Positions 1 through 12,720 of a stretch of DNA of 64,000 bases are shown in pieces. A program made the position numbers and the translations under genes. The notes beneath the pieces are model-generated. The model was not told where the DNA came from. It did not search any database and saw only the letters and a list, made by a program, of their open reading frames with translations. The stretch lies in NCBI GenBank assembly GCA_951406725.2, contig OX597831.1:2294001-2358000 (forward strand), read 5' to 3'. Numbering within the stretch: the first letter of the stretch is position 1; the number at the start of each line of letters is the position of its first letter. Source of the DNA: Octopus vulgaris (lineage: Eukaryota).

Positions 1-223
1 GAAAGAAAAAAGTCTGCAATGAAGGAGATGAATGATGAAGAGAATAACAACCCTATCACCACCACCATCATCATCAATAATGGGTGACAGTTGTTAGATG
101 ATAATGAATAAATTTGTTGAGAAAATCTCAGCAACTCTCCAGATTATATTCCTGCCATTCTCCCCATAGTTGCTGTTCAGTGATTTCAAATTCAGAAATA
201 ATAACTTTGGAACAGTTGTTTAC

Positions 224-250
224 CGATTACAGTTTCCGGCTCCTCCGTAT
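224..250 (-). CDS. 27-33-nt microexon with tandem GAG-GAG-AAG acceptors; (G/E)DTEEPETVI if phase 1-1, or (EK)IRRSRKL-stop if phase 0
   Basis: Pyrimidine tract tttacttttctctatcgtgttttgg upstream and donor TCG|gtaaac. GC-rich island in AT-rich intron. The 5' border could be 250, 253 or 256. Confidence 0.6.
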
Positions 251-900
251 CTTCTCCTCCACCACACCAAAACACGATAGAGAAAAGTAAATCAGTTGAA
301 ATAACATTCTCAATGTTCTTTTTTTTTTATTTCTTTTATCATGTTTTATTTTTGTGTTAATTTTTTTTTTTTTTTCACTCCCTCTCTCTCTGGATTTTTC
401 CTTATTTGAAGAATACAACTGAAAGCTTTATGGAACAAATTTGGATAGAATGGAACTATTATTTATTTTAGGTTCCGATTATTTCACCATTTGTGGAAAA
501 AAAAAAATGAAAAAGGGGAAAAAAGAAACAAAACCTTGATGGAAATTGATATATTTATGTGTGTGTATGTATGTCTGTGTATGTGAAAGGAAATTGTTAG
601 AAGTGGAAAAACTACAAATCTATCTATCTATATATACATACATACATACATACATACATACATACATGAGATAGAGAGAGAGGCACACATACACACGAAA
701 ACACAAACATGAGGAAAAGAGCAGGAGAAAGAGTATATTTGAGCATGGACCAGCTAAAGAAACTTTTCAAGAGAAAGAAGCTGTTCAAATTTTCAGCTTA
801 AATTATATTGCAAATAAATACACAACACACAAACTTAAAATGTAATTTTCAAAATCTATAAATGATGAAAACAAATAATAATAGTAATAATAATAATAAT

Positions 901-2125
901 GGTTTCAAATTTTTTCCCAAGGGCAGCCACTTTGGAGGGGAGAGGGATAAGTCAGTTACATTGACCCCCCAGTGTTTCACTGGTACTTAATTTATTGATC
1001 CTGAAAGGATGAAAGGCAAAGTCAACTTTAGCAAAATTTGAACTCAGAATGTATCAATGGGCAAAATATTGCTAAGCATTTCGCCCAGCATGCTAGCAAT
1101 TCTGTCAGATCACCACCTTAATAATAATAATAATCCTTTCTACTATAGGCACAAGGCTTGGAATTTGTGGGGAGGTGGATAGTCAATCACATCAACCTCA
1201 GTACTTGACTAGCACTTAATTTAATCGACACTAAAAGGATGAAAGGCAAAACTGACCTCAGCAGAATTTGAACTCAGAATGTAAAGACAGACAAAATGCC
1301 AGAAAGCATTTTGCCCGGTGTGCTAACCATTCTGCCAGCTCACCACCTTAATAATAATAACAATAATAATGATAATAATACTTTCTACACTCACGGAGTG
1401 GTTGGCATTTGGAAGGGCATCCAGCAATAGAAACATTGCCAGATCAGACTGGGCCTGGTGCAGCCTTCTGGCTTCCCAGACCCCAGTTGAACCGTCCAAC
1501 CCATGCCAGCATGGAAAGCGGACGCTAAACGATGATGATGAATGGAAGCACAAGGCACCACATTTGAGGGAAGAGATTAAGCTGCTTACATTGGGCCCAG
1601 TGCTCAACTGATACTTATTCCATCAAATCCAGATGGATGAAATGCAAAGCCAACCTCACTGGAATTTGAAGGGGGGGAGCTTAGTTAATGACATAGATTC
1701 CAGTAAGTTGGCTGCTACTCTTTTTTTTTTTATCAATCCTGGAAGGATGAAAGGCAAAGTTGACCTTGGCAGAATTTGAACTCAGAATGTGAAGACAAAT
1801 AAAATGCTGCTAAGTATTTTGCCTGGCAGGGTAATGATTCTGCCAGCTCAGCACCCCAGTTAATGGAAATATTGATAAGAGAAATATGGATATGAATGAG
1901 GAGCAGTATGATGATAATGATGATGATAATAATTTTGGCACAAGACTAGAAATTCTGAGGGGAGGGGCCAGTCAGTTACATCCATACTAGTATTTGACTA
2001 GTACTTTCTTTAATCAAAAAGATGTAAAGCAAAGTTGGCTTGTGTGATTTGAACTCGGAACACAAGTTGGAAGAAATACTGCAAAGCTGATTCGTCCGAC
2101 GTACTAATGAGTCTGCCAGCCCACT
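901..2125 (-). mobile_element. Array of about 5 head-to-tail Meta-domain-like tRNA SINE copies separated by (AAT)n/(GAT)n, with an RTE 3' fragment inserted
   Basis: Repeated block ctggtacttaatttat..gaaaggatgaaaggcaaagtc..gaatttgaactcagaa..gattctgccagctc at about 901, 1133, 1546, 1671 and 1932. The reverse strand has an A/B-box-like head (gagctggcagaat..gagttcaaattc). Confidence 0.85.
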
Positions 2126-3494
2126 TAACGATGAGTAAACAGAAGCATTAAAGATGTTCAGAACAAGCTTAATAAAATAAATAGATAATTAAGATTAAAT
2201 TGATTCTTTAAGACAAAGTGGAAAGAGTTGTTGGAAGTATTGTAAACAACAGTACTGCATGTAAGTCAAAAGTTTGTTTTGAAGATATTACTCAAGACTT
2301 GAGTATAGTAACAAGGAAGCAAAACTCAATGGTATGTTTAATAGGTGGGGTGGCTGGAGTGTGATAAAAGAACATGTTTTTATGGACAGCATATGAATAT
2401 GTGTATTGAAGAAGTGGTGAGATGGCTAGTTAGAAAGAGATTCTACAAAGAAATGGTTAGTAGAATTATTAGAAGGCTGATATATATGTCTATTGACTTC
2501 AATAACTAATACACAGTGATAATATAGGGTGCTTCAGTCAGAATTCCCTTAAACATTAAAAATATATACAGAATTTTATTTTTTGGCACCTTGCTGTAAC
2601 CAGGACTGAGATATCTGGTGCCTTGCTGTATGCAAAAAAACCCCATCCATCACAGCAGAAATTATACCAGTGCTGGTGCCATGTTAAAAGCACTGGTACT
2701 GGTGCCACATAAAAAGCACCCAGTACATTCTGTGGAGTGGTTGGCATTAAGAAGGGCATCCAGTCATAGAAACCATGCTAGAACAGACAATAGAGCTTGA
2801 TGTGGCCCTTGGACTTGCCAGCTCCCGTCAAACCATTCAACCCATGCTGGCATGGAAGACTGATGTTCAATGATAATATATCACTGTACCAACCAGACTG
2901 TTGGATGTTGTTATACATTACTAACAATGTGCTTCCAATTCTTTCTTAATTGCACCATTCTTTTCCACTGTGGCCCAAACCACTAAACTAAATTACCTTA
3001 CCATCATTGTAGAGGCCTTCCAAGGAGCCTTTTCCTATCTATTGGATACCATTTGGCAATTGTAACATGGGTCTGTTGTCCGTGAACCTTGCAGTAGAAC
3101 TTCTACTCAGTTTTTGAATTATCTCACTTTGGATATGCTCTGTGTGTGTGTGTGTGTGTATAATTTTATATGTTTTAGAAAAATGCCACTATCTAAATGA
3201 GGGAATATATATTGCTCCAAAAATGGCCCAATATAACAGTAATCTTGGACGGTGGTGATCCAGGCAGTTGGTGGTATGAATGGCAGAGCAGAAGATGACC
3301 TATCCTGGAATCTCTGAGTTGAGGCATTCAATAAAGGGGAGGACTGGGGCCTGAGGAATAATGAATTCAAAGAAGAGGCAGGTGATGGCTGTGGTGAAGA
3401 AGGGTGAGAGAAATGGCAAGACAAGATGTACATTAAGAAGCTTTTGAATTACCTTGTACCACTATATAATACAATATAGTAAATAATAATAATA

Positions 3495-3810
3495 AGTATT
3501 CGAGATGTGGGGCATGAAGGTGAAAACAATACCAATAATAATAGGAGTATTGGGTATGATAAAAAAAACATGAACAAAAATGTAGAAGCTACACCTGGAT
3601 CCTCAACACTACATGCAATCTTTTAAAATAGCCTTGCTAGGAACAAGCCACATCCTACATAAAACACTATCAATTCAGTAATACAACCTAAACAAAACGA
3701 TTCACAAACACAAGACACTCTATACAGCAAATATCCAATAAAATAAACAATCACCAACAGGCTGGATACCCACTGTATTATACACACAATACAAACACTA
3801 ATACAACAAA
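3495..3810 (+). mobile_element. Dong/R4-clade non-LTR retrotransposon 3' fragment (end of restriction-like endonuclease domain)
   Basis: Translation MWGMKVKTIPIIIGVLGMIKK...KIALLGTSHILHKTLSIQ*; begins at (AAT)n. Confidence 0.75.
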
Positions 3811-3819
3811 AGACTGTGG

Positions 3820-3911
3820 GTGGGGGACTGGTCAGTTACATTCACCCCAATGTTTCACTGGTACTCAATTTATCGACCCTGAAAGGATGAAAGGTAAAGT
3901 CGACCTCGGCA

Positions 3912-3949
<38 letters not shown>

Positions 3950-4152
3950 GATTCAAATTTTGGAACAAGGCCAGCAATTTCAGGGGAGAGAATAAGTCGA
4001 TTACATCGATTCCAGTGTTCAACTGGTACTTATTTTATCAACCCTGAAAGGATGAAAGGCAAAGTTGCCCTCAGTGAAATTTGAACTCAGAATGTGAAGG
4101 CAGAAATGCTGCTAAGCATTATGCTCAGCGTTCTAACGATTCTGCCTGCTTG
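3820..4152 (-). mobile_element. Two Meta-domain-like SINE copies (one partial) around (AAT)n
   Basis: atcgaccctgaaaggatgaaaggtaaagtcgacctcggc core, present twice. Confidence 0.85.
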
Positions 4153-5384
4153 AATAATAATAATATATAGAGATAGTTCCTCATTTATGTTACATGGTTA
4201 TTGCACACTGAGTTGGCTTTGTAGAATAAAAACATCTTAATAGCAAAATAAATAAATAAAAAGAGATTGAGACTGAGAAGCAAGAGAACAATAATTAAAA
4301 TGATTTAAAATGAAAATAATTAGGAATGGAGTTCTGGTCCCCTCAGTCCACAAATGAAAAAAAAAAAAAAAAGGAAAATGAAATGGTATATTTTTAAGTC
4401 AGAAAATATTTAGAAGTTTCACAGTGCCAATAAATACAATTGTCTTTTTGTTTTTTTTTTTTTGTGTTTTTGGTTTTGTTTTTTACATGAGTAAATCTAA
4501 CTTTCAGTATAAAACTTTGAGAATAATATACAAGCAAATGAAAACAAAAAAATAAAAAACAACAAATATTTCCATTTCATCTCTAATGGAAACATTTTTG
4601 CTCAAAATAATAAGAATAATAAAGAAAAATAATAACAGACTTCTAACAGCAAATTGTAAAAAGAAATAGAGAAATAGAGAATCTTGAAAATGTTTAAAAT
4701 TAAGTATAAAAATAAAAAAAAAGAAAAGAAAAGAAAAAAAACAAAGAAAAATTTAAATGAAGAAATCTAAAAAAAGAAAAAAACAAAAAAAAAGTAGATA
4801 TGTTAAAGAGATACAGAAAGAAAATGAAAATATAAAAATGGTAAAATGGTGCCTAATTTTAGAGAGAAATCACTTTGAAACTTATAATATTAGAAGATCA
4901 TTTCAGAAACTATTCTGAGTCAGATTCCTATCTAAAAAACATTGCGAAAGTGTAAAGTGGAAATCAGTGTTTACAATCCTGGCTAAACTTAGCTAAAAAG
5001 TACGATGTTGCTGGAATCTCGCAGGAAATGGCAAGAAATAAAATTGGAACACAGATTTGAGGAAAGGGGTGTAGGGAAGTGGGGAGGGAGGTGTCAAGGA
5101 AAGAATGAATAAATGAAAATTTTCTGCAAAACAACATAAAGAAATAAATAAAAAAAAAATTTGAAATTTTAAGACGAAAAGAAAAAAAAAATACGGGAAG
5201 AAGCTAGATTAAACAAAAAAAAAATACATAAATAAAAATTTCCTCAAATAACATGGTAAGGTGTGTGTGGAGGTGGGGGGTGGGATTTGAAAATAACTGA
5301 AGTATTGATTTGTTTAGAAGTTGATATTTTTAAGACAGGATATCATGAATGACTTAGAATAAAAAGTATATTGGAATAATAATG

Positions 5385-5635
5385 ATTTCTTACAAAGACA
5401 CAACATCTCAAATTTAGAGAAAGTACGGGTTAGTTAATACTATAGACACCGGTACTTAACTAGTACTTCAGTTTATCAGCACTGAAAGGATGAGAGGCAA
5501 AATTGACTTTGGCAAGATTTGAATTCAGAGCATAAAGAGTTATGCTCTTTACGCTCTGAATAAAGTTCTAGTTAGAGTAAATACTACAAGGTATTTTGTT
5601 CAACATTCTAACTACTCTACCAATCCACCAATTAA
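5385..5635 (-). mobile_element. Diverged Meta-domain-like SINE
   Basis: gaaaggatgagaggcaaaattgactttggcaagatttgaattcagag core. Confidence 0.7.
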
Positions 5636-5660
5636 ATAATAATGATGATAATAATAACAA

Positions 5661-6204
5661 ATACCCTGATGCAGTACCAGGCAGTGGCTCTCGTGGATTC
5701 TTATCTTAACTGATTGGAAGCGTTATCATGTACATTGTGTTGTCTTGGTATAAAAGGTGGGCTGCAGCAAATATTCTGCTCAATACCACAGACTTGCTTG
5801 TCAGTTGTTTGACCGTAACTAATTGAGCATTCCCTTAGTAGCTGACGATATGTGCATCTCTGATCATGAGCAGAAGTAGTGGAGGAACATCATAGCCATG
5901 TGTTGAAAGGAATTCTTTGGGGTTTGAATATTTCACCTCTGGAAACATGGGTGTTTTGTTCAACATCCTCAAACAACCCTTATTCAGGGACCTTTTGAGT
6001 GGGATGGGGTACTCAACCTGACGGAAATTCTAACTGGGCCCTACCTGCAAGGGCATGTGCTGTTTATCTTGATATGGAGATCACCATGTTGCACACATAT
6101 GGTTGTGATGCATGTACCCTTATCAGACAAGTAGTCATGATGGGTATACTCGGCTTCGTATATTTTACCCCAGTATCACTTTGATGGCATGCACTGCTCT
6201 CTCA
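5661..6204. repeat. Interspersed repeat of about 540 bp in (AAT)n, sharing an internal segment with the TIR element family
   Basis: Flanked by (AAT)n; 5790-5930 is homologous to 45810-45950 and 60775-60920. Confidence 0.65.
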
Positions 6205-6414
6205 ATAATAATAATCATCATCATTTAATGTCTGCTTTCAATGCTGGCATGGGTTGGATGAATCGACAGCAGCTAGCAAGCCAGAGGTCTACACTGGGTT
6301 TCAATTGTCTGTTTCTACAGTTGGATGCCTTTCCTAAAACCAACCACTTTTTATTGTGCTTTTTATGTGACACTAGTACAGGTGCATTTTATGTGGAACA
6401 AGCACAACAACGAC

Positions 6415-6842
6415 GTTTTCAAATTTTGGCACAAGGCCAGCACATTCAGAGGAGTGGGTAAGTTGATTACATCAACCCCAGTGCTCAACTGGTACACTTT
6501 TTATCAACTCCTAAAAGATGAAAAGCAAAGTCAACTCTGGAGGCATTTGAATTCAGAACATAAAGTTAGATGAAATACTGCCAAACATTTTGCCAGTGTG
6601 CTAATGATTCTGCCAGCTTGCCACCTTAACAATAACAATAATGGTTTCAAATTTTGGCACAAGGCCAGTAATTTTTAGGAGAGAGGGCAAGTTGATTACA
6701 TCAATACCAGCTTAATTGGTACTTTGTTTTATCAACCCTGGAGTGATGAAAGACAAAGCTGACTCTAGTGGAATTGAAACTCAGAAAAAATGCTGCTAAA
6801 CATTACTCTGGCATGCTAACAATCCTGTCAGCTTGTTGCCTT
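6415..6842 (-). mobile_element. Two tandem Meta-domain-like SINE copies
   Basis: tttcaaattttggcacaaggccag tail plus core, present twice. Confidence 0.85.
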
Positions 6843-7819
6843 TATAAAAATAATAATAATAATAATAATAATCTCAGTAAAAAGAGGTTAAAAGAACTTC
6901 CAAATGAAAAGAACAGGAAATGTACATAGCACACATATGGCATACAGACAGAGGAAATATTTCCTGCAAATTATAAGAGTGTTGAGAGTAGATCAAGTCT
7001 GGCACCACATTAAAAGACTGAAGAACTGGCAGATCAATCTCTGTAAGGAATGTTTACAAGACAGTAATTTCAATCAATGCCTATGTTCAGTGAATTGGAT
7101 TATGAATATAAATATAAAAAGAAAAGGCTTATAACTAACAGTCGTGCTCCTTCTTAAAGACAGAAAATGGTTTTGGTACAAAATAAGAGAGTTTGCAAAG
7201 AATAACCAAGATGGTTCGGCTAAAAAAGAGAATGAAAAGTTTAACCAAGATGACATTGTTAAATAAAGAGTATGAACTGTTTAAACAAGATAGGTTTGGT
7301 TAAAAAAAAAAAAAAGAGAATCAAGAGTATATTGTACTAAAAGAGGACTGCTTTGATAAAGAAAAGTTTGAATGATAATAACATCAACTTCCAGTACTTG
7401 ACTGTTACTTTTGAACCCAGAACACAAAGACAGACCAAATGCTGCAAAGTATTTTCCCCCTGGTGTGCTAACAATTCTGCCAGCTCACCGTCTTAATAAT
7501 AACAACAACAATAATAATGTGTGTGTTGATAAAATAACCAAAGCATCAAAGTAACCAAAACAATGCAGTTACCAAGTAACAGAGACAAAAGCAGAAAAGT
7601 TGTAAGTAACTATGAACGATATGAAGAGGGAAGAAACAAAGATAAACATTTCGCTGTGTTAGTAAACTAAGACTGTGGTCCTATGTCCTCCTATGGTGGG
7701 GCGAGGCTGGTCAAAAGATTAAATCAGTAAATGACCTAGAAACATGTAATTACAGAATTTGGAATTGGATAAATTCAGTTTAAGAAACATGCAGATAAAA
7801 TAATACAATCTATGTTTAC

Positions 7820-7855
7820 CTTTATCTCCTCTGTTTCTTTATCATCAGATTTTTC
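7820..7855 (-). CDS. 36-nt microexon, phase 0-0, EKSDDKETEEIK
   Basis: Acceptor tcttcactaaaacag| and donor AAG|gtaaac. In frame with the 222-nt exon and of the same E/K/D composition. Confidence 0.8.
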
Positions 7856-10800
7856 CTGTTTTAGTGAAGAGACATAATTACAAAGGAATTAGTTGGGGGT
7901 ATAAACTACAGTATTGGTTGAGCATTGTTTCAGCTAGTTCAGGCTACAGTACTCATTCTGTGAAGTTTGGTATATTTCTGGTCTTGGACAGTACTGGCTC
8001 CAGTTAATAACTGTAGTCTGGGGTAGTCTGAAGTTGTGCAGACTTGACATGGTAACGTCGGATATGTCAAGTATTACCTGTTTGTCTACCCACCTCTTGT
8101 CCATCAATCTACCACTCTAACTATTGATCTATCAGTCTTTCTATTGTGGCAACTTTGTAGAGTTTTTGCCACTTATCTAAAAACAAAAATTCACCTTGTT
8201 AATACTATTTTTTTAACACACTAGGTTAGGAAAAGGTAGATTTTGATAGATGATCATCATAATTGGTACATTATTAATAATCTGAATCAGTTTGAGAATA
8301 AAAGCAGAAACAATATATTTAAATCTATAGTATGAAGAAGTAAAGATATTTTGGACATGATCATTGTTTGACAAAGAATATCACCCAAACAGTTAGTCTA
8401 TGCTTTATATTTCAGCACACTAACATATACAGCTTCTGTTTATATGAATTAATAAATCACAGAGGTCTATGTTTCTCTAAGAAGTAAACTGTTGAACAAC
8501 TTTTTATCTCTGACTCTGGGGTCATCCTCAACTAAACATGCTCAACACTAGCAACAAGATGAAACAAATACATGAACAAATCAATAAAAACATGTTAGGA
8601 GGTGGTAGTACTTTTCTATAGATACAGCACAAAGAATTCTGTAACTCTACATTGTTAAATATATTAGAACTAAGATGGCTGTGATCTGGATATTGACTTC
8701 AAGATTTTGAGGTCAAAGTGTTTAATACGTTCACTTCTAGCTACATGATCTTGTAAAAATGAAGAGTCAAACAATAAAATCCTGACCATCACCAGGCTGT
8801 GAGATGGAAGATCTGCTGGAAAAAGTCACAAGAGTTAGAATGTAATATCTTGACTACCACAAGGTCAAGACATTTAGTCAAGATACATATCTATGATTGT
8901 CAGCTTTTGATCATGAAACTTAAGTTAGAAGTAAACTATGTGACAACAGGATTAATTTTTTTTCAAAAATTCTGAATGTCAAACTAGGGAGTTCAGCTAT
9001 CAATGATAGTCATCACAATATACTACATGTGAAAGAACACTTGAAGATGATAGCAAAAAACACAGATCTAAATAAGAAGCAGAATTACTTTACAATTTAG
9101 GTTGATAAAACTGCACATGCAGTTTATTTCCTCACAACCTTCCTTCTTTTAATCTAAATTGCCCTGTCATTTAGCTGCCATCCACACCATCTAAATTTGC
9201 AGCTGAATCGGGATCAATTCAAACTGACACACTGAATCTACCACACTGAGCTCTATATTACAGTTTAGAAAGGCATAGAAAGACTATTGATACAGACCCT
9301 TTTTCAAGAACTTAAATAGTGAAAAAATATCTTATGGGCAGAATTTAGGCTCTATTTGAGCAGGTGTGTTTGTGCCAATAGCCCAGTAAGTATGAGCTTA
9401 AATGTAGCCATAGACAGGATATTATGGCTCCAATGTTTCAGAGTATAACAGAACTAACTCTACATAAGTTCAATCTAGATTAAAATTAATCAGTTCTGCT
9501 TGATGTATCTCTTAGGCAAATCTTATCACTTTACTTGTCTCATTAAAGCATTTTCTTCAAGTGGCCACAACTGAGACACATTTCACAATACCATTCCCAG
9601 AATCTCTGTTTCCCATTAGCTTCAGTAGATCTTTAATTTCATGTTGTATCTCTGCCAATAACATCAATGTGATTGAGTGATCTCCATTATCAATTAGGAT
9701 GTAGAAGTCTCCCAAATAATAACATCTAATATGATCAGGTGTTCAGCATGATAGCAGTGGCCAGCAAAGCCTAACCAGCATTAAACATCTGTGGCAGAAA
9801 TGGTGGAATCTCCTTTTTGGCCTTATGCTCACATTATAAGATATCTTGGGTCCTTGAGCAAAACTAGGTGTTTATACAAGAAAGGTAATCTTTCTGTAGA
9901 TATTAGATATTAGGTATCACTAACACTGTAAATTAAGTAGAAGAAAAGTACCACCAGCTCCAACAATACAAATATTACATATAAATTTGAAGATCTGTTT
10001 AACCATTAAAACAACAGATGTAAGAAGATACAAAGGCCATCTGTAAAATAAAGATATTATAATGGAAGACAGCAATAGCAATGAGAGGAGGAGGAGGAGG
10101 AGGAGAAAACGAGAGAGACTGAATCAGAAAGATTCTGAGAGAAAGAGACAGAGAATAGGGGAGAAAAAGATGGAGAGAATGAGTGGGAAAGAAAGAAACA
10201 AAAAGAATGTAAGAGTCAGAAAGAATTTGATAAAAAATACAGTGAGAGAGAGAGATGGAGAAAATGTGAGAGAGAGAGATGGAGAAAATGTGAGAGAAAG
10301 AAAAGATACTGAAATAGAAGGAAAGGAATAGGAAAAATGTGGTCAAAAGAAAGAATAAAGAATGAGCCAGAAAGATAGACAGAAACAGAGAGGAAAACAA
10401 TCAATGAAAAAGAAAGAAAAAGGGAAGTGGAGAAGGAGAGCGAGAGTATACAGAAGACAAAAGTGGTTATGACAGATGACACAACAAGCCAACACATGTT
10501 TAGTAAAGAGGATGAGACTACAGTCAAATCTACCTTGCTGAGGTTATAGATTATCTTCATATAGACAAGCTATGAAGGATTAGTTCACCTTACTGGGATA
10601 CATGCCCATACACCTTTTAGCATCTCTAAACTCAATAGGGGTCTGTCATAAGCAAAAATGGCAGAAAAGTCTTTATTAAACAGGACACATCACTGTTCAT
10701 TTGAGGTACAGCTAAGGAAAAGAGTTACTAGAGAAGTCAATTCTCAGAACACTTGTCAGTGTATTCAATAGATTATATTACATCTAAACTAAAATGATTA

Positions 10801-11819
10801 TGCAATGACAAATGACTGCCAGCTAGTTTAGTTTAGTTTTAGTCTGTACTAATTTCTGTGTTCTGTACACCAGAGCTTCAGCTATACAGGAAGATAGATA
10901 TAATTGAGGAATTGGAAAGATGGCATGACTTTATAGAAGCGTTCGTCATCTAAAGAACAAAATCTATAATTGCATCTTGCAACTGACTAATACCATAGAA
11001 TTTGTTTACAGTTGTAGTGAAGACTAGGGTCACAGTAGTAGAAAAGAGGTAGTAAAGAGATTTTTACCCTATCTTAGTAGTAGAGAGAATAGGAGATTCC
11101 TTTGTCTAGTAGTAGCGAGATGAGTTACCCCCACTTAATGGTAAAAAGAATATTAGTTCTTGCATAGTGAAAGAGGATTTCACCATAAACAGTAGCAGAG
11201 AAGAAGAGTTTTCTGCTTGCATAATAGTGAAAAGGAAATTATTTCTCCTTGCCCAGTGGTAGCAAGCAACCTTCCTATTCAGCTACAGCGAGCAGATGAG
11301 GTCACAATTCTTCAGCAATGAAGAACAGATGATGTCACTCCTCTCTAATAACAAGCAGTCAGCTAACAATCTTTGTATAACTGCTCCACTGCAATTCCAT
11401 TCCAACAACTGAACTACACAAATATAGGGAGTGGTGTAGAGTGTGGTCTTAGACCAGACCAGAACAAAGCATGGTATACCTGATATGCTGGACATACAAG
11501 CCATTGACGTGTGTTTAATTAGCCCAATCAGAACTAACGAGCTAACTGTGGCTTCTCAACAACAAATCCCTTCTGTAACACTGCTGCAATTTAGATCAGG
11601 GTTGAAGAAATTGACAGCAAGCATTTACAGGGTTTTAAACCTCTCAGGCACCATGCCATTTCCTCTTTGCAGTTTAATGAGAGAGAGAGAATGTGTGTAA
11701 ACTTTTGATGATAGAATGTAAATTCTTATGCAAATAATATCAATTTCTTTGAAAATTACACTATTCCCTCTCTCTCTTTCGGAGAGGCACAAGCACCTAC
11801 ACGCACATATACACACACG

Positions 11820-11968
11820 GCAGTAACTTCCACCTACCGAATTCAATCACAAAGCTCCGGTCAGCTCGGGGCTATAGTGAAAGACACCTACCCAAAGTGC
11901 CACGCAGTGGGACTGAACCCGAAACCACATAGCTAGGAAGCAAGCTCCCTAACCACACAGCCATGCCC
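11820..11968 (-). mobile_element. 5' part of a CORE-like OR-type SINE
   Basis: aagacacctacccaaagtgccacgcagtgggactgaacccgaaacc. Confidence 0.75.
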
Positions 11969-12384
11969 AAGGTAATTGTTTCTTAGGGTTTCCAGTCTGA
12001 CCCCTTCATCTCTTCTGTTTATTTAATATAGGCCCTAATGCTTAAAGTACAAATAAAAACAGATAACTAACATTAGTTATATACATCTTTAAGAATCTGA
12101 TGATATTCTTCAATAAATCTTCAATAGTCTAAAGCCATGATATAGGTATTCTATCCAATTGGTTAAGAGCTAGATTTGCTATAGTTATGAATGAGAGGTT
12201 TAGAGTTCAAATCTTGCTAACAAACTTAGTTTTGTAAGGGAATTAGTTTTAATTTCACTAGGGAGACAGAGAATTTAGGGGAGTTTAATTTATTACACTT
12301 TAAAACAACATGGAATAATCAATATTTCTAGTAATTATGAGGGGAAAAGATTGAGTATAACTAATCTACAGCCACCACAGGATC

Positions 12385-12720
12385 CAGTCCTTATTGCAGT
12401 GTGATGGCTTACATGCCTCAATGACCCTGAAAGCTAAATTGGTGGAGTGCAGGTTTCAACATAATGGAGCCTCCCATGCTGGATACATCAAAGGGATAGA
12501 GGCTAGAGTAATATGAACCACCTCTTCCCAGAGATAAAAACGAGTTTGAATAGGGCAATACCCCCTACCTATAAAAAAAGCAAAGTTATAAAAGGATTGA
12601 TGACAATTCAAAAGCAACAAGACCAGGGAGAGGGAAAGACAGCCCTGAGCTGAGATCAGTAGGGGTAAGTTGTTGTATGGCCTAAGCTCCATAGGGAGCA
12701 AAGGGGTTAAGTAAATAATA
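12385..12720 (+). mobile_element. Bipartite non-autonomous RTE derivative (5' UTR joined to 3' end)
   Basis: 5'-UTR-like ggcttacatgcctcaatgaccctgaaagcta..gcctcccatgc..tcaaaggg..gaggctaga; 3'-end-like tggcctaagctccatagggagcaaaggggttaagtaaataa. Confidence 0.55.

Noticed and set aside
9999-10560. Charged or F/S/L-rich ORFs
   Set aside because: GA-rich low-complexity DNA with no convincing splice sites.
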